From the NCBI GenBank assembly GCA_022843095.1, contig JALHOH010000002.1, positions 450,001-482,000 of the forward strand: 32,000 bases of DNA, written 5' to 3'. Within the stretch, counting starts at the first letter, position 1, and every line of letters begins with the position of its first letter. Below are positions 24,548 to 31,150 of the stretch, piece after piece. This DNA is from Candidatus Saccharimonadota bacterium (GTDB taxonomy: Bacteria > Patescibacteriota > Patescibacteriia > 2-12-FULL-60-25). The notes beneath the pieces are model-generated. The model had not been told where the DNA came from, searched no databases, and saw only the letters and a program-made list of their open reading frames with translations. The translations under genes were made by a program, and so were the position numbers.

Positions 24548-24946
24548 CTACCCGACCGACGCAGACTTGGGGATGGTAATATTCGGCTCCGCATCATAGA
24601 TCGGCGCGACATAGGACGATTCCGGGATCTCCCCCGCATCCAAACGCCCCACCAATGCACGCAAATCCGTGGTTTCGGTGACGTGAATTCCGTACAAAGG
24701 AAGCCGCAACAGTCGTGCAAGGAGATTCGCATCCAGTACCCCCGTCCGAACGGATGAAAAACTCCCCGGACCCGCCACCACCACGATTCCGTCTAACGCT
24801 GAGACTTCGACGGTTCCAAGCACGCGGGCAAGTTTTGGGAGCATCCCCGTTGCACGACCTGCATACCGCTGCAGGCGCGCGGACGTTGCTTTGATGACTC
24901 CCACCGCATACCCATCCCGCGCATGCGTATCCACAAAAAGATACAT
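24548..24946 (-). CDS. tsaB: short TsaB-like protein (tRNA t6A modification, N-terminal ASKHA half only)
   Basis: Start at MYLFVDTHARDG. The motif DGIVVVAGPGSFSSVRTGV matches the GPGSFTGLR signature of TsaB/YeaZ. The product is only 132 aa. Confidence 0.65.
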   Translation of the reverse strand: MYLFVDTHARDGYAVGVIKATSARLQRYAGRATGMLPKLARVLGTVEVSALDGIVVVAGPGSFSSVRTGVLDANLLARLLRLPLYGIHVTETTDLRALVGRLDAGEIPESSYVAPIYDAEPNITIPKSASVG

Positions 24947-24957
24947 AGTCTTTGCGC

Positions 24958-25566
24958 CTATGCCTTTTCCCGAGAAGAAAGGGTGTCCACCACCACGTTC
25001 TTGGGCGCTTCCAAAATGGCGTACAAAAATTTGTCCGTCATATCCTTGCGATAGGCGTATTCTTCCATGGACATCACGCAAAAGTTCACCTCACACGCCA
25101 TGTCGCGTTCGATCTCTTGAATCAACGAAGACAATTTTTCTCGATCCACGTCGCCGATAACAAACACATCGACCGGGGCGCGCGATTTGCCGGTGAACAC
25201 ACCAAGAAACGCCAAATACTTCACGTCCCCCATCCGCACGATTTCTTGGTCGAGCCGGCGTTCCAGCAATACCTGTGCTTTTGTAAACAAACTCGTAATC
25301 TCCCCGATCAATGGAAACGTCGGGTTGATTTTATAATATTTCTTTTTGAGTCCCGCCTGTTTTTTACCGGCCTCTTTTGGCTCCTCCTCGACGCATTCGA
25401 TAACCAGTCCGAAGCTCACCAGGTTTGCCAATTCACGGCGCACGGCGTTGATCTGTGTATCAATGAGCCGCGTCATTTCTCGCACAAAATGCGCTTGATC
25501 CGGCTGGCGTAAAAACAATCCAAGCAGTTTTACGCGGGTCCGTGAACCAAACAGGTGCTCAAGCAT
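24958..25566 (-). CDS. winged-HTH (ArsR-like) regulator with C-terminal nucleotidyltransferase-like domain
   Basis: The N-terminus LFGSRTRVKLLGLFLRQPDQAHFVREMTRLIDTQINAVRRELANLVSFGLV is a typical wHTH. The C-terminal domain assignment is tentative. Confidence 0.6.
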   Translation of the reverse strand: MLEHLFGSRTRVKLLGLFLRQPDQAHFVREMTRLIDTQINAVRRELANLVSFGLVIECVEEEPKEAGKKQAGLKKKYYKINPTFPLIGEITSLFTKAQVLLERRLDQEIVRMGDVKYLAFLGVFTGKSRAPVDVFVIGDVDREKLSSLIQEIERDMACEVNFCVMSMEEYAYRKDMTDKFLYAILEAPKNVVVDTLSSREKA

Positions 25567-25736
25567 ATTCTACGCGTATCGTGACCGATCCCGGCGCCCT
25601 TGACAAGAGCATGTGACGATACTGCATCGATCCCGGTATACTGGTGGATGATGCCGATCGGAGGGCTCGACACGTAAGCCGCCCAACTCTTCGCGTGTGG
25701 GCGCCTTGCGTTTCGTGCGGCACGCGCTATTTTCGT

Positions 25737-27875
25737 ATGCCAGACTCCCTCCAGTACCGCCTTGCAGAAATAGAGGTCACCGCCTCTATCGCTGATGAAA
25801 AAATCATCGGCCTCTTTCGATACGATGCGGGCGATAAATCAAAGCTCGCCGGAAAAAAAGCCCCGACCCTCGTCATTATCGCGGAGATCGCTTCAACGCT
25901 GTATCTCTACGAACAGCTGTTAGACACGATCAACGAAACGGCAGAACAGGTGCGTCTGCTCACGACCGGTGTGGACACCGATCCCATGACCCGGTTTGAA
26001 AAACTGGTCACCCGCTTGAATGAAGCGGTCCAGCGGTTTTCGGAAAAAGAACCCACGCCGATCGCTTGGAACCGCGTAAACATCTTTGTTCTGGAGCTCT
26101 CTGAAGGCGGCCAGCTTTGCCTTTCCGGCATCGGACGCCTGTGCAATATCTTTTTGCAAAAACAGGCGGATGGCACGACAAAAATGTTCGATTTGTTTGG
26201 TTCGCTGGAACAGCCCGCAGAGCCAGATCCAAAAAAGCCGTTCTCCTCGTTTATTTGCGGAGACATGAAAGAAGGTGATCTTTTGTTTGCTGGGACCATG
26301 AACTTTGAGCGGTACCGGAACGAACTCGCCATCGCAAATACCCTCAAAAGCACCCCTCCCGTTGCCGCCGCACAAGAGATCTCCAAAGAACTTGAACGAA
26401 AAGGCGTGCAAGATGATTTTGCCGGGATCATCATTTCCTGTACCGCCGCCCAAGCGATCCCTGCCCCGACCGTCATCGCAACAGAACCGGAAACGCTTTC
26501 GGTCAAAAAAAGCACGGCATCCGTAGAAAAACTCTACGAAGAAGAGCGCGCCGCAGAAACCATGCTGGGCCCCGCCCTTTCGCCCACCGCAGTTCATCCT
26601 GCAGGAAAACCTCTGGCCTCGCTCACAGAACGCGCAAAAACATGGGTGCAAGACCTTAAAGCCCAACGCGCGATGCAGCAGTCGCGGCCGGCAACCAAAG
26701 GCCGAGCAGACGACATCGCCATCAACAGCATGCGCGGGATGCATGCAGGCGCAGGATTTGCCCTGACTCTCAAACACAAACTCCTGATTGGCGTGGGTGT
26801 AGTGGTTGTTGTCGCAGCCCTTGGCGGGACGTGGTGGTATCGATCCGCACAAAAAGCGGCAGAAGCACAGGCAGCGTGGAATGTAATTTTTGATCAAGCA
26901 CAGGACAAAAAGAACCGTTCCGATGCGAGTGCTGTGTATGGGAACGAAGATCAGGCACGCAAACTCCTCCAAGAAGCCGAATCGCTGCTAAACGGGCTGG
27001 ACGGCTCCACTCCTGATCGCGCAACCTCCAAGCAAACGCTCTTGGGAGAAATCGCAGAAATGAAGACAAAATTGCGCCGCGAGGTGCGCATTGAGGCACC
27101 AGAACAGCTGGTTGCGCTCCCCATGAATGCGCCTGCCGGGTCACTGCAGCAGCTCGCGCTCTTCAAAGGAAACCTCTACGCCGTGGATGGGCCGGGACTC
27201 TCGGTAATGCAAGTAAACCCCACGACCAAGGAACAGAAAAAATTCTCGCTGTCCCCGGAACAGGTCCCTGCCGTTGGACTTGCCGCTGGAACTGATTCGC
27301 TCATTCTCGCAACCGCGGGGAACACCTGGGCCTCCATTTCACCCAGTGGGAATACCGTAAAACCACTTACCATTTCCGCAGCGAAATCCTCTGGTACACG
27401 CGGGATCGCCATCTATAACCGGCGACCTTACACCCTGGATCCAGACGCAAATCAAGTCTGGCGTTGGACAGCGGCAAGCGGTGGCTACGGAGGGGAAACG
27501 GGGTACATTAAACAGCTCAGCACTTCTCTTGGTAACGCGGTTGGCATCGCCATCGACGCCAACATTTACGTCGCATTGCAAGATGGTCGCGTTATCCGCT
27601 ACTACCAAGGCAATGAAGACCCATGGTCCCTTGGCGCAGCAGATCCGCCGGTAACCAACATTCACGATGTCTGGACCGCGGCCGATCTCGATCGAGTCGT
27701 CGTCACCGATCAAGCCGGTAAGCGCATCCTCGTGTATCGCAAACAGGATGGACGCCTGGTCGCACAACTCACCTCCCCTGTCCTCGAAGGACCAACACGC
27801 GTCACGGGCGACGCCACGACCAAAAAACTCTACGTGATCGACGGCAACAAAATCCTGGGATTCGATCTTCCATAA
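25737..27875 (+). CDS. hypothetical bitopic membrane protein: PP2C/SpoIIE-like (degenerate) N-domain, TM helix, C-terminal beta-propeller-like repeats
   Basis: Start chosen at ATG 25737 (MPDSLQYRLAEIEV). A TM helix LIGVGVVVVVAALGGTWWY lies at ~26781-26840. From ~27160 there are six ~40-aa units such as NLYAVDG, IAIDANIYVALQDGRVIRYY, RVVVTDQAGKRILVY and KLYVIDGNKILGFDL. Confidence 0.65.
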   Translation: MPDSLQYRLAEIEVTASIADEKIIGLFRYDAGDKSKLAGKKAPTLVIIAEIASTLYLYEQLLDTINETAEQVRLLTTGVDTDPMTRFEKLVTRLNEAVQRFSEKEPTPIAWNRVNIFVLELSEGGQLCLSGIGRLCNIFLQKQADGTTKMFDLFGSLEQPAEPDPKKPFSSFICGDMKEGDLLFAGTMNFERYRNELAIANTLKSTPPVAAAQEISKELERKGVQDDFAGIIISCTAAQAIPAPTVIATEPETLSVKKSTASVEKLYEEERAAETMLGPALSPTAVHPAGKPLASLTERAKTWVQDLKAQRAMQQSRPATKGRADDIAINSMRGMHAGAGFALTLKHKLLIGVGVVVVVAALGGTWWYRSAQKAAEAQAAWNVIFDQAQDKKNRSDASAVYGNEDQARKLLQEAESLLNGLDGSTPDRATSKQTLLGEIAEMKTKLRREVRIEAPEQLVALPMNAPAGSLQQLALFKGNLYAVDGPGLSVMQVNPTTKEQKKFSLSPEQVPAVGLAAGTDSLILATAGNTWASISPSGNTVKPLTISAAKSSGTRGIAIYNRRPYTLDPDANQVWRWTAASGGYGGETGYIKQLSTSLGNAVGIAIDANIYVALQDGRVIRYYQGNEDPWSLGAADPPVTNIHDVWTAADLDRVVVTDQAGKRILVYRKQDGRLVAQLTSPVLEGPTRVTGDATTKKLYVIDGNKILGFDLP

Positions 27876-27883
27876 GGCACCCG

Positions 27884-27914
27884 ATAAACCGGATACCATG
27901 CGTATCCGGTTTAT
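27884..27914 (+). terminator. perfect 13-bp inverted repeat, probable terminator or regulatory hairpin
   Basis: ATAAACCGGATACcatgcGTATCCGGTTTAT starts 9 nt after the stop at 27875. Only a short T-rich tail (TTTATGATAT) follows. The next ATG is at 27933. Confidence 0.45.
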
Positions 27915-27932
27915 GATATCGTTACGTCATCT

Positions 27933-28709
27933 ATGTCCCCCCAACGTCAATCCAACGCCCTTGGCTGGTCCGTGTTCGCAATGATTACCATCATCTGTGC
28001 GGCCATTGTCGTAAACGCCTGGGTGGATACAAAGCTCACAAAACTCCTGAGTCGCATCGAAAACGATCGCGGGATCGCCGACACCCAGCTCGTTGATCTG
28101 CAAGAGCGTGTCAAAAGTGACAACGAACAAGAAACTCAAAAACAACAAAAACCACCCGTAACTCTGATCCCCAAAGGCTTGCCGCGTATTCTCCTCACGG
28201 ATGCCTGGCTCGAGCATGCCGGCAGCGCCTTTTCGCAAGACACGATCGACCGACTCCCTCGTGCGAACGTCACTACTACGGTGGCGCAACGTGACTGGGG
28301 GATCTCGTTCGATATCCCATTTCATCTGGATTGGAAAACCGAGCAATTTGAGTTCCTTCCGTACAATGGGATCAATGGAAGCATGGAACGAGGCATTACG
28401 TTTGGACACCCCTCTCTCTATTGCATGAATACCTGCATGATCCGACGTGCGCTTTCCTTAGAAGTTGCCGCTCCGACCACCGCTTCGGCCCGCATGAAGT
28501 CCCTCCAATCCGATCCGCTCAACCTGAATCCAACGACCTCGCGGATCCCGGGCGGAACCCTCATTCGTTACAATGCGCCCGGCATGTGCGACGATATCGC
28601 CGCAGAAATCATCACCACGAAGCAGCGCTTCACATTCGCTACTGTCTGCGGAACGGATCAAGACAAGAAAGATCTCGAGGCCGTCATCAAAAGCATTCGC
28701 CTAGAATAA
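27933..28709 (+). CDS. hypothetical N-terminally anchored extracytoplasmic protein
   Basis: 258-aa ORF with a signal anchor (WSVFAMITIICAAIVVNAWV). A strong terminator follows. I recognised no family. Confidence 0.55.
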   Translation: MSPQRQSNALGWSVFAMITIICAAIVVNAWVDTKLTKLLSRIENDRGIADTQLVDLQERVKSDNEQETQKQQKPPVTLIPKGLPRILLTDAWLEHAGSAFSQDTIDRLPRANVTTTVAQRDWGISFDIPFHLDWKTEQFEFLPYNGINGSMERGITFGHPSLYCMNTCMIRRALSLEVAAPTTASARMKSLQSDPLNLNPTTSRIPGGTLIRYNAPGMCDDIAAEIITTKQRFTFATVCGTDQDKKDLEAVIKSIRLE

Positions 28710-28710
28710 C

Positions 28711-28739
28711 AAAACACCCCCGCCATCGGGGGTGTTTTT
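28711..28739. terminator. bidirectional rho-independent terminator between convergent genes
   Basis: AAAACACCCCCGccatCGGGGGTGTTTTT is a 9-bp GC-rich stem flanked by an A-run and a T-run. It serves 27933-28709 (+) and rplL (-). Confidence 0.8.
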
Positions 28740-28752
28740 GGATGCATCCTGG

Positions 28753-29142
28753 TTACTTCAAGTTCACCTTCGCACCCGCTTCTTCGAGCTTCTTCTTCAT
28801 GTCTTCGGCTTCGGCCTTGGCAACGCCTTCCTTCACGACCTTCGGCGCGGCGTCGACAATGTCCTTAGCTTCCTTCAAGCCCAACCCCGTGATTTCGCGG
28901 ACCACCTTGATCACCGCGATCTTGTTTCCACCGGCTTCGGCGATTTCGACGTTGAACGAGGACTTTTCTTCCGCGGCAGCGGCAGGACCCGCGGCCATCA
29001 TGACCGGCGCGGCAGCGCTCACCCCGTACTTCTCTTCCAACAATTTCACCACTTCGGCGAGTTCGACGACCGTGAGCTTATCGATGGCCGCCACGAGATC
29101 CGCGTACTTTGCCGGGATCTCCACGTTGTTCACTTCGGACAT
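28753..29142 (-). CDS. rplL: 50S ribosomal protein L7/L12
   Basis: Start at [41 protein letters not shown]. An Ala-rich hinge follows, then the C-terminal domain [24 protein letters not shown]. Confidence 0.95.
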   Translation of the reverse strand: MSEVNNVEIPAKYADLVAAIDKLTVVELAEVVKLLEEKYGVSAAAPVMMAAGPAAAAEEKSSFNVEIAEAGGNKIAVIKVVREITGLGLKEAKDIVDAAPKVVKEGVAKAEAEDMKKKLEEAGAKVNLK

Positions 29143-29164
29143 AGCAATGCAATAAACAATGGAA

Positions 29165-29665
29165 TTACGCTGTAGTCGCGCCTTCGGCCTTTTCGCGCTT
29201 TGCATTCAGCAAGCGTGCGAGAGCCGCGGTCGGACCATTCATCACGGACAAAAGCTGCCCCAGGAGTTCGTTCTTCGACGGGAGCTTCGAGAGCGCCACC
29301 GCATAGGCCGCATCCACGACCTTGCCGTCAAAAATCCCTCCCACGAGCTTGATCGGCTGATTCTTTCCAGCATCACCGATCATCTTCACGCCGGCCATCT
29401 CCTCTTCCATGGCGAAGGCGACACCGACCATCCCAGGAAACTCCTTGAAGTTCACGTCGAGGCCAGCTTCCTTCGCGGCGAGCGAGAGCAACGTCTTTTT
29501 CGCCACGATGTACTGCACCTTCCCACCCGTGAGCTTCTTGCGAAGATCCGTCAGGCCGGACACCTTCATCCCCTGGTAGTCGGAAAATGTGACCGACTTC
29601 GCGCCCTTAAACGCCTGGGAAATCTCCGCAAGCGCTTCGGACTTTTGGGAACGTGTCTTAGGCAT
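29165..29665 (-). CDS. rplJ: 50S ribosomal protein L10
   Basis: Start at [45 protein letters not shown], the typical L10 N-terminus. It lies 22 nt upstream of rplL. Confidence 0.93.
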   Translation of the reverse strand: MPKTRSQKSEALAEISQAFKGAKSVTFSDYQGMKVSGLTDLRKKLTGGKVQYIVAKKTLLSLAAKEAGLDVNFKEFPGMVGVAFAMEEEMAGVKMIGDAGKNQPIKLVGGIFDGKVVDAAYAVALSKLPSKNELLGQLLSVMNGPTAALARLLNAKREKAEGATTA

Positions 29666-29865
29666 AGATAATTGAGAACAAAAACCGCAGGAGTGCGTCC
29701 TGCGGATTTCTCGCGTCTCGCCAAGAAGGCGACGACGTAGATTTCCTCGGCAAGGCGGGCTTACAAAAGCCACGTTTGAGCGGTTGCCCTTGCTGTCTCA
29801 GGACCCATGCGTTTTGTTCGCCGAGTACCTTACGAAACAAAGGCGGTGACGTCAAGTCTGACCTC
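29666..29865 (-). promoter_or_regulatory. 200-nt structured rplJ leader (candidate L10-leader autoregulatory element) with promoter-like hexamers
   Basis: The minus strand has TTGACG-17 nt-TAAGGT near the 5' end. It also has long-range complementary segments (CAAGGGC...GCCCGCCTTG; TCGCCttcttGGCGA). A terminal hairpin plus T-run lies just before the ATG. Confidence 0.4.
29680..29705 (-). terminator. terminator-like hairpin inside the rplJ leader (possible attenuator)
   Basis: Minus strand reads CCGCAGGAcgcacTCCTGCGG followed by TTTTTGTTCTC. It ends ~15 nt before the rplJ ATG. Confidence 0.5.
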
Positions 29866-30552
29866 TCATCCTATGATAATGGTGCCCGTAAACGACTGCC
29901 CGGCGATCGCTCGACGCATCGCCTCGAGATCCTTGCCGCTCACCATGCGCACCTCTATTCCATGGCGATGCGCGTATTTAGCCGCGACCGGATCAAACGG
30001 GACATTTGCTCCCGGATCCCACACTTCCCCCACAATCTCGCGGAATTGGCGCCAAGACATCCGCGTGAACGGAACGGCGTCCGCATGGGTGTGCGGATCA
30101 CGATCAAAGACCTGCGCCACGTTCGACACGTTAATCACGGTCTGTGCCTGAACCTTTTTTGCCATCCGTACCGCGATATCATCCGTTGAACGACCGGGCC
30201 GCCAACCCGCCGCCAACAACACCGGCTCCTTCCAAGCGCGAATGGCACGCATCGGATTCTTCACGACGACCGGATGCGCCACGTCCCGAAACACCGTTCG
30301 CAGCAGATGCGCGTTCAGTCGCGTCGCGTGAATCCCCAACCAATCTCGATCGTCATCCGTGACGTCCAACACCCGTGCGGCGGCCCGCATATACTGGCGC
30401 GCCGTCATCCCACCTCCAACCGTCAGCACAAATCGACGCCCGCGCTTGATCTCCTGAAGCAGGATCTTACGAAAATCCGCAAGGAAATTGGTATCAATCC
30501 CCTGTTCCGTGACAATCAATGACCCGCCGACGGAAATGACACATGGCTGCAT
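29866..30552 (-). CDS. pyrH: UMP kinase, archaeal-type (amino-acid kinase fold)
   Basis: VISVGGSLIV ... FVLTVGGGMTARQY ... LLAAGWRPGRSTDDIAVRMA ... VINVSNVAQVFDRDP. The length (228 aa) and motifs fit the short archaeal-type PyrH. Confidence 0.8.
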   Translation of the reverse strand: MQPCVISVGGSLIVTEQGIDTNFLADFRKILLQEIKRGRRFVLTVGGGMTARQYMRAAARVLDVTDDDRDWLGIHATRLNAHLLRTVFRDVAHPVVVKNPMRAIRAWKEPVLLAAGWRPGRSTDDIAVRMAKKVQAQTVINVSNVAQVFDRDPHTHADAVPFTRMSWRQFREIVGEVWDPGANVPFDPVAAKYAHRHGIEVRMVSGKDLEAMRRAIAGQSFTGTIIIG

Positions 30553-30582
30553 ACAAAAAAGAACGGATCACTTGATCCGTTC
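30553..30582 (-). terminator. rho-independent terminator overlapping the 3' end of the DUF360 gene and abutting the pyrH start
   Basis: Minus strand reads GAACGGATCaagtGATCCGTTC followed by TTTTTTGT and then directly ATG (pyrH). The upstream arm encodes the last codons (E R I K stop) of 30568-30918. Confidence 0.6.
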
Positions 30583-30918
30583 TGCGAGTAATGCGTTAGA
30601 AGCCCACGACACGATCCAGAACACGAGCGCCCCCCAAAATGCCGCGGAAAAACCGCGCACCTCAAACCCCGGCACAAGCCAGGCGGCGAGCCAAAACATG
30701 AGGGCATTGATCACGAGGGTAAAAAATCCGAGCGTAAGGATCGTGATGGGAAGCGAAAGAAGTTCGAGCAATGGTCGAACCAACGCATTCACAAACCCAA
30801 GGACGATCGCTGCGACAAACGCCATGGGAAAGCTCGCGACGCTTACCCCTGGAACCAATTTCGTGACGATAATCACGGCAAGCGCATTCAAAAAAAGACG
30901 AAATAAGAGATGCATCAT
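30568..30918 (-). CDS. phage-holin-family-4 / DUF360 small membrane protein
   Basis: 116 aa with 3-4 TM helices. The pattern LLFRLFLNALAVIIVTKLVPGV ... AIVLGFVNALVRPLL ... LGFFTLVINALMFWLAAWLVPGFEV is characteristic of this family. The start overlaps the xseB stop (ATGA). Confidence 0.75.
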   Translation of the reverse strand: MMHLLFRLFLNALAVIIVTKLVPGVSVASFPMAFVAAIVLGFVNALVRPLLELLSLPITILTLGFFTLVINALMFWLAAWLVPGFEVRGFSAAFWGALVFWIVSWASNALLAERIK

Positions 30919-31124
30919 AGTGATGTTGATTCACGACCGCGGATCTCGCGGACCGTATTTTCTGCCTCGACCAGGCGCTCCTTCAAGGCGGAAGAAAGCT
31001 CCATCGCGCGTTCAAACTTGGCAAGCCCGGCATCCAAATCCGGGTCGCCTTTTTCAAACCAGGCCGCGATCTCTTCGAGCTCGGCGAACGCCTTCCCCAC
31101 ATCCATCTCCTTCTTTTTTGCCAT
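30915..31124 (-). CDS. xseB: exodeoxyribonuclease VII small subunit
   Basis: Start chosen at MAKKKEMDVGKAFAELEEIAAWFEKGDPDLDAGLAKFERAMELSSALKERL, the typical XseB helical hairpin. The coordinate was derived from ORF-track arithmetic. Confidence 0.85.
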   Translation of the reverse strand: MAKKKEMDVGKAFAELEEIAAWFEKGDPDLDAGLAKFERAMELSSALKERLVEAENTVREIRGRESTSL

Positions 31125-31150
31125 AAAGAAACAATACCGCGAAGAACGCA

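Noticed and set aside
25907-26972. Minus-strand ORFs of 350 and 202 aa antisense to the 712-aa membrane protein gene
   Set aside because: They lie entirely within the better-supported plus-strand gene, which has a TM helix and propeller repeats. Their translations are Cys/Arg/Phe-rich without motifs.
28421-29671. Plus-strand ORFs of 244, 147 and 170 aa over rplL and rplJ
   Set aside because: They are antisense to unmistakable ribosomal protein genes. Their translations are low-complexity (Ser/Ala/Thr or Arg/His-rich).
30568-30918. Holin-family gene as evidence of a prophage
   Set aside because: No other phage-like genes (endolysin, terminase, capsid, integrase) are nearby. DUF360/holin-4-family proteins are widespread chromosomal membrane proteins.
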